Assembly: GCA_020353515.1 (NCBI GenBank)
Contig: CP070695.1
Span: 3,424,050 to 3,488,049 of the forward strand
DNA length: 64,000 bases
Reading direction: 5' to 3'
From: Candidatus Heimdallarchaeota archaeon
GTDB lineage: Archaea > Asgardarchaeota > Heimdallarchaeia > Hodarchaeales > Hodarchaeaceae
Of the stretch, positions 30,142-38,731 are shown piece by piece; the stretch's first letter is position 1; each line of letters starts with the position of its first letter. Position numbers and translations under genes: made by a program. The notes under the pieces are model-generated. The model did not search any database, was not told the DNA's origin, and worked only from the letters and a program-made list of their open reading frames with translations.

Positions 30142-31176
30142 CTAAGGTTTTTGAGCACGAACAATTAGAATTCCATCTTCCAATGTTTCTTCTACAACAG
30201 AATGGAAACCTGTTTCTGTAAGACGTTTCTTCCCTTCAGTTATTGTCATATGTGATAATTTAGAGGCAGTCAAAGAATTTTGGAAGAATCTCAGAAGGAG
30301 AGGGAAACTTAAATCTTCTCTGGGATGTGTTTCAAGCCAATCACTATCCATTTCGATATTCGATACTATTATTAGTTGACCACCTTCATTTAAAGCCTTG
30401 AAGAGTTTGTACAAAAGCTCCTGATTAAACCCTCCCGCGTCACAATTCAAGATCATATCAAAACCTGTGGGTAAATCGTCGTGATCGAAGTCCGCTGCTT
30501 GATATACAATTCGGTCTGCAACTGAACTTTTAGCTGCAATTTCTCGTCCAATAACACAAACATTAGGGATATCTATTACAACAGCTGTTAATTCAGGGTG
30601 TTGTTTTAATAAAGCTAGTGACATCACCCCTGATCCTCCTCCCAGATCCATTAATCGCTTCACGCCTTTCATATTTAATGATTGAGCCAGTTTTTCTCCT
30701 GAAGAGTAGTGTATCTCATAAAGTGTATATGTAAATCTTCGGGCATATTCAGGATCTTCTTGTATTCGTTTGAACCAATCAAGAGATTTCTCCCCTTGGG
30801 CAGTCATAACTGATTTTGGATGGGAAATATGTGAGGTTAAATTGTAGCCAGTTAAGTATTGTTCCCTAGCCGCTTGCGCTATAAATGCCCAGGATTCTGG
30901 ACTATATGTTTCTATTATTATAGATTGGGAAAGTGAAGTGAGCTTATATCTCAAGTTTTCCTGCTTTAATAAGCCTAATTCAACTAATAGTTCCAACCAA
31001 TAATGACATCGATCTTGTGGGATTCTAAATTTTTGAGAAATATCTTCAAGACCTACTGATTGGTCGTTAATATACCAAAAGAGATGCAATTCTAAAGCTG
31101 TTGTTATAGCTGCCGGAATGACATGCATTTTCATGAGGATTCTTACATCTTCAGGTGTTTTAATGTTTATTTCCAC
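30142..31176 (-). CDS. class I SAM-dependent O-methyltransferase with dimerisation domain
   Basis: LMDLGGGSG, AADF, N-terminal ALELHLF wHTH. Confidence 0.85.
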   Translation of the reverse strand: MEINIKTPEDVRILMKMHVIPAAITTALELHLFWYINDQSVGLEDISQKFRIPQDRCHYWLELLVELGLLKQENLRYKLTSLSQSIIIETYSPESWAFIAQAAREQYLTGYNLTSHISHPKSVMTAQGEKSLDWFKRIQEDPEYARRFTYTLYEIHYSSGEKLAQSLNMKGVKRLMDLGGGSGVMSLALLKQHPELTAVVIDIPNVCVIGREIAAKSSVADRIVYQAADFDHDDLPTGFDMILNCDAGGFNQELLYKLFKALNEGGQLIIVSNIEMDSDWLETHPREDLSFPLLLRFFQNSLTASKLSHMTITEGKKRLTETGFHSVVEETLEDGILIVRAQKP

Positions 31177-31200
31177 TTTTAAGTCCCCTCTTGTGGAGAA

Positions 31201-32361
31201 TTATTGCCCTAAATACTTCCTGATGCGTTCAAATGCTTCCTTAATCTCTTGAACAGAGCGTGAGAAAGCCACTCGTAAGTATCCCTCAGCTGAGTCCCCA
31301 AAAGCAGAACCAGGAACTAAAGACACATTGGCATTCATTAGGATGTCAATTGCAACAGCTTCAGACGATTTTTCACTGAAATCATATTTGACAAAACCAT
31401 AGAAAGCTCCATCTATAGATTTGAGTGATAAACCATTTGTTTTTTTGACTTCCTCCATTAAGACCTTCCTTCGCTCTGGAAACAATTTATTAATCAATTC
31501 TCTTGCTTGAGCTCTCTCCTTTAAAGCTGTTACACCCCCCCATTGGCAAAAGTTCGTTGGGCATGTTGTAGTTGCCTGAATAATTTTAAGGATTCCCTCT
31601 GCACTTTCTGAGTTGCTGATTGTCCATCCAAGACGGTAGCCAGTCATACTGTATGTTTTCGCAAAACCATTAATTACGATAATATTCTGACGCCAATTAT
31701 CAAATTCTGTTAAGAGTGTTCTTACTGGAGTATCAATGTAAACGTAATCACTATAAATTTCATCACTGATAATATAAATGTGATAATCTTCCACGAGATC
31801 TTTAAGAAATCTAATCTCTTCAGAAGAAAGGACATGAGACGAAGGATTATTGGGAGAATTAATTAAAATCGCTTTTGTCTTGTTTGTTACATTGTTCAAA
31901 ACTTCATCTTTGTTTAAAGAAAAATCTGTAGTCATTGGAATCCTTACAGAAGTAGCTCCTGCTAACTGGGCCATATCAGGATAACTCACCCAAAATGGTT
32001 CAGGAATGATTATATGATCCCCACGGTTTAAAATTGTATAAAATGCGGCAAGAACTCCTTGTTTTCCGCCAGAGGTAATTTTAACTTCATCATTCGGATC
32101 TATCGTTACGTTAAAATCCTCTTGATACAGTTGACTTATACTTTGGCGTAATTCGGGGATTCCAGAACTTACTGTGTAACTTGTTTTGCCTTCATCAATT
32201 GCTTTCTTTGTTGTTTCAATTATTGATGGAAGAGGTTGAAAATCTGGTTGTCCGATCGAAAGATGAATTATTTGGTGACCCTCACTCTCCCTTTTTCTTG
32301 CCATGGAGAGAAAATTCATGGTTGGTGAGCCTTTCAAAATTCTGACTTGATCTGATATCAT
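31201..32361 (-). CDS. class I/II PLP aminotransferase (aspartate aminotransferase-like)
   Basis: GQPDF, NSPNNP, SDEIY, GFAKTYSMTGYRLG. Confidence 0.9.
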   Translation of the reverse strand: MISDQVRILKGSPTMNFLSMARKRESEGHQIIHLSIGQPDFQPLPSIIETTKKAIDEGKTSYTVSSGIPELRQSISQLYQEDFNVTIDPNDEVKITSGGKQGVLAAFYTILNRGDHIIIPEPFWVSYPDMAQLAGATSVRIPMTTDFSLNKDEVLNNVTNKTKAILINSPNNPSSHVLSSEEIRFLKDLVEDYHIYIISDEIYSDYVYIDTPVRTLLTEFDNWRQNIIVINGFAKTYSMTGYRLGWTISNSESAEGILKIIQATTTCPTNFCQWGGVTALKERAQARELINKLFPERRKVLMEEVKKTNGLSLKSIDGAFYGFVKYDFSEKSSEAVAIDILMNANVSLVPGSAFGDSAEGYLRVAFSRSVQEIKEAFERIRKYLGQ

Positions 32362-32549
32362 GACAATTACACCTTATTGGTCTTTCTTAATGAATATAGA
32401 TTTTCGTTATTTGTTAATCCAAAAATAAATATAGTGCAGAAAGCTCTCTAAAAAAAGACTATAAAATTTATGTTATCACCTTGTATTGTAACTATATTTT
32501 ATGGAAGTTACTATATACCCTTTAAAGAAATGAAATTTCCAAAATATGG

Positions 32550-33605
32550 ATGATTCCTATGCGAGTAGACCCAAACTGGGCGCTCTTTGTTGAGGGCAAG
32601 AGTGTTAAATGGTCATTTGGAAGTCCTGATGCCGAGTTTCTTACTTTTGTTACTAATTTTCTTACAGCTCTTGCTCAAATCGGTGAAGAATTATTTGGTC
32701 AGCATGGTATTGCTCAGATTAACTTTGATGTAAAAAGACGTGCAGGATTTCGTTCATCTGAAGTATTTGTTGTTTCACTAGAGAATAAATTCTTCTTGAT
32801 TATGAGCGATCCTAGTACAACTATGAAGTTAATTGATGCGCATGGTGGGATCGCTCATGAAGTCCAAGAGATTATGAGTGCTGTGTTAGTCGGCCAAGCT
32901 GCTATGTTATATGCTCAATGTATCACTGAAGTCGAAGATGATGAAACACGAGAGTACCTCGAATCGATTTGGCAAAACATAATTCTAGATCTCTCTGAAG
33001 AGTATGGCGAAGAAGTAGACAAGATCGTCGGCAGGAGTGCGAGTAATTTTTCTATGCTTACTTTTGCTGATCTATTATTTCTGCATTACTACCTTCGAAA
33101 ACAACCTGAACTAACTCGTCCTCTCTCTCCTAAAGGTTGGGCACTTGTTTCTCATATGTCAGGTGGAGAAATTCCCCTTGATTTTCACGTTGAAAAAGAC
33201 CCTGTCGTTTTAGCTGGTTATTTAGCGATCATTATATCTTTCTTAATGTCATTATTCGATTCAAAACCAAAAAGCTTAGTTTTCGGGACTAATTTTATTC
33301 AAAGTTTGTCTTTTGTTCATGGTGAGGATTACTTTCTTTCAATAGATGCGCCTTTCATTGAATTAGCAATGGATTCGGATTTCTATGACGGTTTTTTTAA
33401 CATGAAAGATATTATACTTCAAGATTTAGGAGTGTCCCTTAAAAGGAGGATTACTGAAGAAATATTGACTTCACAAACTGAAGAATTGGAATCCATGGAT
33501 ATTAAAGCCTTGTTGAATGAATATGTTTTATCAAAATCCATACTAATTCCAAAAAAGGGGATACAAAAGCGTAATTTTCTTGCGAGAATTCTTGGACGAC
33601 TCTAG
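32550..33605 (+). CDS. hypothetical protein with two longin-like domains (paralog A)
   Basis: DAEFLTFVTNFLTALAQIGEELFG and DPVVLAGYLAIIISFLMSLF helices, each in a beta-beta-alpha-beta-beta-beta context. Confidence 0.55.
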   Translation: MIPMRVDPNWALFVEGKSVKWSFGSPDAEFLTFVTNFLTALAQIGEELFGQHGIAQINFDVKRRAGFRSSEVFVVSLENKFFLIMSDPSTTMKLIDAHGGIAHEVQEIMSAVLVGQAAMLYAQCITEVEDDETREYLESIWQNIILDLSEEYGEEVDKIVGRSASNFSMLTFADLLFLHYYLRKQPELTRPLSPKGWALVSHMSGGEIPLDFHVEKDPVVLAGYLAIIISFLMSLFDSKPKSLVFGTNFIQSLSFVHGEDYFLSIDAPFIELAMDSDFYDGFFNMKDIILQDLGVSLKRRITEEILTSQTEELESMDIKALLNEYVLSKSILIPKKGIQKRNFLARILGRL

Positions 33606-33662
33606 TCTTCCAGCAATACTCATTGGAATTTGTATACTCATTAAACCAAGGATTGAGTAATA

Positions 33663-34694
33663 ATGAGAGTAGATGAAAATTGGGCTATGTTTGTAAATCT
33701 GGATTCGGAAGTCGAATGGGCATGGGGTAATCCTGATGACGAATTTCTGCAGTTTACAGTAAATTTCCTACAAGGTTTAAGCAATCTTGGCTCAGAAATC
33801 TTTGGGGAAAATTCTGTAGCGTCCATTGAATTTGAGTATACAGGATTCAAGACTTCAGAAGTATTTATTGTTTCTCTACAGAACAAATTTTTCTTTATAT
33901 GTTCTGATCCTGCAATCACATTGAAGCTAATCTCTGCAACTGAAGGCTTACCTAAAGCAATGGAAGAACATATAGCCGCCGTATTAGTCGGACAGGCTGC
34001 CATCATTTTTGCTGATAGTATTTCAAATACTAAAAATGAGCAGGAGATGGAGATTATTGAAAGAAGCTTTCAAGCTATTATCTTAACTATCAATCCTTCT
34101 CTTAGCGAGAAAATTTCAACAATTTGTAGCAAAGCGAGTTCCAATTTTTCGATGCTTTCCTTTGATGAGTTATTATCCTTTCATTATTATATTCGAAAAC
34201 ATGAAACTCTCACAGATCAACCCACAGGTTTAGCTTTGATTTCACACCTATCAGGTGGAGAATTACCGTTCTCCTGGAACGTGGAAAGGGATGTTGTCCT
34301 TGCTGGTTATCTTGCAGTAATCTTTGGCTTCATTAAGACCTTATTCGGAGGTTCCGCACGACGTCTAATATTTGGTGCTCTTGAATTGAGGAAATTAGAT
34401 TTTATTTATGGAGAGGAGTACTTCATGGCTATCGATTCTTCATTTGCTTTTCTTTGCACAGATCCCCGGTTTTTGTCGTCATTCTTATCAATTTCTTTCG
34501 AGGTTCTGAGAGATTTAGGAGCTAATCTAAAGCGATATATTATCCGTGAAACATTAGAACACGCGACAACCATGTTAGAAGAATTAAGTCTTAGATCAAT
34601 CCTTGAGGCTTATCAAAGTCTCTCTACGGATCCTTATTTATCGTTTAGTGATCAAATACGTAAAATTCTTCAAGAAATTAGTTCTGATAATTAA
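33663..34694 (+). CDS. hypothetical protein with two longin-like domains (paralog B)
   Basis: Colinear paralog of 32550-33605 (MRVD.NWA.FV, SEVF.VSL.NKFF, AVLVGQAA, SNFSML, SH.SGGE.P, VVLAGYLA). Confidence 0.55.
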   Translation: MRVDENWAMFVNLDSEVEWAWGNPDDEFLQFTVNFLQGLSNLGSEIFGENSVASIEFEYTGFKTSEVFIVSLQNKFFFICSDPAITLKLISATEGLPKAMEEHIAAVLVGQAAIIFADSISNTKNEQEMEIIERSFQAIILTINPSLSEKISTICSKASSNFSMLSFDELLSFHYYIRKHETLTDQPTGLALISHLSGGELPFSWNVERDVVLAGYLAVIFGFIKTLFGGSARRLIFGALELRKLDFIYGEEYFMAIDSSFAFLCTDPRFLSSFLSISFEVLRDLGANLKRYIIRETLEHATTMLEELSLRSILEAYQSLSTDPYLSFSDQIRKILQEISSDN

Positions 34695-34925
34695 TAAGCA
34701 TTTGGAACTCTATTAAATAATTGTTGAAAATTTCGTTTTAAACTATTCTTTACCGTTAGTTTTCAATAATTTCTTTCTAGTGTATCAATAGAAAGAAAAA
34801 GTGCTGGTTGGATAAATAACTAAGTGATTTATCATTTGGAACGATCCAATGAAAAAATTGCCTAGATCTATTTATTTTTATACTCAATTTGTGTAAGTAT
34901 TGATTGAATTGATATTAACTACTGG

Positions 34926-35972
34926 ATGATTCATATGCTTTCAAAATTTTTTGATAAAAGAATACAAACTATTCAAATACCAAAACCTATCGAAGCTTTA
35001 GGGATATATGTTATCTGTGCCACAGTTTGTTATATAATACTCATCACTATATTAGGTGGCTTTTACATCCCTGTTTTTTTAGATGATTTCAATCGTTCTA
35101 TTATTTTCCTTACAGCTATTTTAGCAGTAATTTATTACAAGGAGGACCTCAAAGATGTTCTTCTGATATGCTTTGTTGGCCCTTTAGTCACTAATATATT
35201 AGCTATTATCCCTGCTGTTTTGATTTGGTTAGAGACCCCTCCTGAACAAATAGGAATTGATATAATGAAATTCTTCACCTTTTCTAGTGTTTATATTATG
35301 TATGCAGGATTTCTTGGAATTGTAATTTATGCTATCGCTGTTTGGTTATCAGGATTTTTATCAGTTCATTCTCTTGCTCATCCTTCTACGTTAAAGAGGA
35401 ATGTATTTTCTGTTCTTGACAAACGAGCGCAAATTGATGATCCCCCCCTTACAAGAGAAATTTCAAACAAAGTAGATAAACCACATACAAAATATCAGGT
35501 AATTGGATTTTTTATTTCAATTCTGATTTTATTGAGTCTTACCACATTATTACTCCTCCTCCCAGTCTATAGCTACTCCTTTGATCTCCACTTGACCATC
35601 TGGGATCTTGGTTTAATTCCTGTATTTCTTGTTAGCCTGGTGATAATCGGCCTTTTATCTATTATACTAGTTACTCTAGCTTGGAATTTTTATCCCCAGC
35701 TAATTGAAAAATATCCTTCATCACTAATTGGTATCCAGTCTAAACTTGCAGCAATTAGCATATTTTTCACGTCAATATTTTTTCCAAATCCATCAAGTAT
35801 TAGAGTAGGTACATTCGTAGTTAAAAACAGTATTGGAATAGAAATTCTATTTTATGTTATTATCTTAATTATCATCTTTACTCCATCTATATGTGAATAT
35901 CTACAACCATTAAAATCTTTGGGTTACCAATCAGAAAAAAGATCTTCAAGTACTCTCACTAATAGTCTTTAG
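34926..35972 (+). CDS. hypothetical multi-pass membrane protein
   Basis: About 8 hydrophobic segments in two blocks. Confidence 0.6.
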   Translation: MIHMLSKFFDKRIQTIQIPKPIEALGIYVICATVCYIILITILGGFYIPVFLDDFNRSIIFLTAILAVIYYKEDLKDVLLICFVGPLVTNILAIIPAVLIWLETPPEQIGIDIMKFFTFSSVYIMYAGFLGIVIYAIAVWLSGFLSVHSLAHPSTLKRNVFSVLDKRAQIDDPPLTREISNKVDKPHTKYQVIGFFISILILLSLTTLLLLLPVYSYSFDLHLTIWDLGLIPVFLVSLVIIGLLSIILVTLAWNFYPQLIEKYPSSLIGIQSKLAAISIFFTSIFFPNPSSIRVGTFVVKNSIGIEILFYVIILIIIFTPSICEYLQPLKSLGYQSEKRSSSTLTNSL

Positions 35973-36006
35973 TAATTTCTTAGAATTTATTCTTACCAAT
36001 ATCTCG

Positions 36007-36741
36007 CTACATCTGATACAGGTCAATGCAACTCCAAAAAAAGTTCATCGATTCACGGAATACCATATGCCGTGCTACATCAACGGACATTAATGGGCTC
36101 CCCTTCTCAACAATCATGAGTTTTCTCTTTTTAGAAGATACATTCTTAAAGAGATAATGAGCATTTTCAATGTTAAAATCTTTTCTTGCACTTGAATGAA
36201 AAATATAAATTGGTTGATTTACTTTCTTAAGAAGTTTTCTTGTCTCCTGAATTAACCTAAATGTTTCATTCAGAGCTGTTTGGGGAACTTCTTTGTATAA
36301 TTTAATTTTTTCTCTGATTGATTGATTATAAAAAGGTAACAATTTAGATGATGGGCTTCCCCAGCTGACCATGCGAGATTTAGATCTTAGGAAGGTATTG
36401 ATAAGCGTATGCCACTTTGGTAAATTAATAATACCTGAAAGTGTAACAATACCCAAAAGCTCAGGATGGGATGCTGCTAGAAATAGCGCAAGTGGAGCTC
36501 CTGTGATTTGTCCTACAAGAAAATTCACCTGGCAATTTAGATCCATTAATGCTTGTTCACTAGCTCTGAGCCAGTCTTTAAATGTGTACTTTTGAAGGTC
36601 TTTTGGAAAAGTTCCGTGTCCTGGGAGAAGAGGAGAATTAGTTCGAAACCCCTGTTCTTGTAAGTACTCTTCAAACTCTTTAAATTCCAAATTAGTTGAT
36701 CCAAAGGAATGTAGAAAAAGTACTCCGAACATTGGGAACAC
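36007..36741 (-). CDS. Est30/YvaK-like alpha/beta hydrolase, catalytic residues degenerate
   Basis: LLPGHGT and DW motifs intact, but GxSxG reads GQITG and the catalytic His site reads KGSPLMSVD. Confidence 0.75.
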   Translation of the reverse strand: MFPMFGVLFLHSFGSTNLEFKEFEEYLQEQGFRTNSPLLPGHGTFPKDLQKYTFKDWLRASEQALMDLNCQVNFLVGQITGAPLALFLAASHPELLGIVTLSGIINLPKWHTLINTFLRSKSRMVSWGSPSSKLLPFYNQSIREKIKLYKEVPQTALNETFRLIQETRKLLKKVNQPIYIFHSSARKDFNIENAHYLFKNVSSKKRKLMIVEKGSPLMSVDVARHMVFRESMNFFWSCIDLYQM

Positions 36742-36947
36742 ACGATCGAGATTAATCTGAAAATTTTGTTGATGACACTACTTATTTTTAAATGAATGGT
36801 TCCATAGTCTTAAATTTTTAGAAATTAAAAGGAAATTGCAGGGATAATCTTGGTAATTTTCTAAGTGTACACCAAAAGCTTTATGAATATCTTTTTTGTA
36901 TTTAACAGAATGTAAAATTAGGAAAAAATACAAGGAGGACATATAAT

Positions 36948-37196
36948 ATGTCAGAGAAAATTGGAAATATCGAGAATTTCTATTCCAAAATAAGTGTTGC
37001 CGTAGTGGATATTACTTCTGGATCTATGACAAAGGGAGATCAAGTTAAGATCAAAGGATCTACCACCGATTTTGAGATGACTATTGAATCAATGCAAATC
37101 GATCGTGCAGATATAGACTCCGCTTCCGCAGGTCAGAAAGTTGGTCTCAAAGTTCCTGAACGAGTGAGACCAGGAGACGAAGTCTTTAAGATTTAG
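36948..37196 (+). CDS. small translation-elongation-factor-like beta-barrel protein (U32 C-terminal-like)
   Basis: FYSKISVA, IKGSTTDF, SMQI, VGLKV..VRPGD.VF; AGGAGG RBS. Confidence 0.8.
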   Translation: MSEKIGNIENFYSKISVAVVDITSGSMTKGDQVKIKGSTTDFEMTIESMQIDRADIDSASAGQKVGLKVPERVRPGDEVFKI

Positions 37197-37224
37197 AGTT
37201 TAAATTTCCGTTTATTACTTCGAA

Positions 37225-38706
37225 TCAAGCAAAATCTATGATTTTCTCACAAAAACCTGTAATCTCCCTTTTTAATTTATTGGATATTCCGTACAAGTTG
37301 AATATTATCTCATCAATTCTTTCAGCTTCAGGTACAAAATTGTAATTCGGATTGTTCTTAAGGGAATTTATTATATCCTTCACGATAGCAATTACTTCAC
37401 TCTTCTGTTCAATAGAAGGTGTTCGAAAGGGCATTTCTTTGAGAAAGCTTGTGGCAATGATATTTGAACGATGGATTACTTTTCTAGCTAAATATTGAAC
37501 TAATTTACTATTCAAATAGCCAAGTGAATAATATAAATCATCTTCATTGTCGAAAAAAAAGTTGGCATTTACTCCAAATAAATTTCCTGGCGGTAGATAA
37601 GCAGCAGAAAATTTTCTCCCAACACTACTACAGGTGATCCCTTCTTTGAAATAGAATTGTTCGTTCCTAACTAGAAAATTCTTGGGATCAGCTTCAGCAT
37701 TTTTTTGATAGTTTTTTTCAATGAAATAAGGCGTCTTGTAGTAGTAAGGGGTACGTTGGCCAGATTTATAAAATCCAACCCAAGACTCGGGGTCAGATTC
37801 CACTTCCAGAGCAGGACGTAAATATTTATCATCATTACCTGTTGAAATACCAGTACCTCCTTTTGCAATATCTCCGAATCTTGCTGGTGGATTCTGGATC
37901 AGACGAATAATCGAAAGAGGAACTCCTACGAAAAACTTATGATCTGGCATCTTACGATATTCGATTTGTGGAACATTTTGAACTTTAGGTGGGTTTTTAT
38001 ATTCCTTTTCACTAGCTAAACGGTCAATAAGACGCATAATGTGTTTTTTATCTCCATGGTATTCCTGATAATTCTCCTGATCTTTTTTTTTCAATGTCAG
38101 AATAGCTGTTCGTACATCAGCCTGACTTCTGTGAAATAATCGCCATGGAGCTAGTTTTATTTCTAAAATGTAAGTATTATTCAAAATAAATTCTCTAAAA
38201 CGACGATAGTATCGATTTGTAAAGAAAGCGTCTTCAACAATGAAACAAAGAATTCCTTTGCTTTTCATGTGTTGAATAGCATTTACAATAAAAAGAGAAT
38301 AGAGATTATATAATCCTATGAAGTAATATCTTTTCTCTAGTTCTTTACGGTTGATTTTCATATAGATGCTTTTTCGACGGCTTTTATATGGTGGATTTCC
38401 AATAATAATGTCCTTTAATGGATAATCTTCAAGAAGTGTATCAGTACATCTAGCATGAATACCCAACTCGAGTAAACTCTGAATTTTCTCGCTATTAATA
38501 TCGTGACCAGTGATTTGAGATGTGTTCACTCCTCGATCAATGAGTGCTTTAATAAATATACCATCTCCAGCACTAGGGTCTAGAATTTCTGATTTATTCG
38601 TAATAAAAGGGAGTACTAAATCTACCATATGAAGTGCTGTTTTATATGGAGTCCTATAGACACCTTTTTGTCTTTTTATAGTTAAAATCTTACTCTCTTT
38701 AGTTAT
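37225..38706 (-). CDS. gamma-class N6-adenine DNA methyltransferase (TaqI/Eco57I-like), probable ATA/ATT start upstream of ATG 38628
   Basis: In-frame GVYRTP (motif X) upstream of the first ATG, DPSAGDG, GNPPY, NLYSLF, TaqI_C-like tail. Confidence 0.8.
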   Translation of the reverse strand: MTKESKILTIKRQKGVYRTPYKTALHMVDLVLPFITNKSEILDPSAGDGIFIKALIDRGVNTSQITGHDINSEKIQSLLELGIHARCTDTLLEDYPLKDIIIGNPPYKSRRKSIYMKINRKELEKRYYFIGLYNLYSLFIVNAIQHMKSKGILCFIVEDAFFTNRYYRRFREFILNNTYILEIKLAPWRLFHRSQADVRTAILTLKKKDQENYQEYHGDKKHIMRLIDRLASEKEYKNPPKVQNVPQIEYRKMPDHKFFVGVPLSIIRLIQNPPARFGDIAKGGTGISTGNDDKYLRPALEVESDPESWVGFYKSGQRTPYYYKTPYFIEKNYQKNAEADPKNFLVRNEQFYFKEGITCSSVGRKFSAAYLPPGNLFGVNANFFFDNEDDLYYSLGYLNSKLVQYLARKVIHRSNIIATSFLKEMPFRTPSIEQKSEVIAIVKDIINSLKNNPNYNFVPEAERIDEIIFNLYGISNKLKREITGFCEKIIDFA

Positions 38707-38731
38707 ATTTTGGACTTCCTACTTTTTGGAT

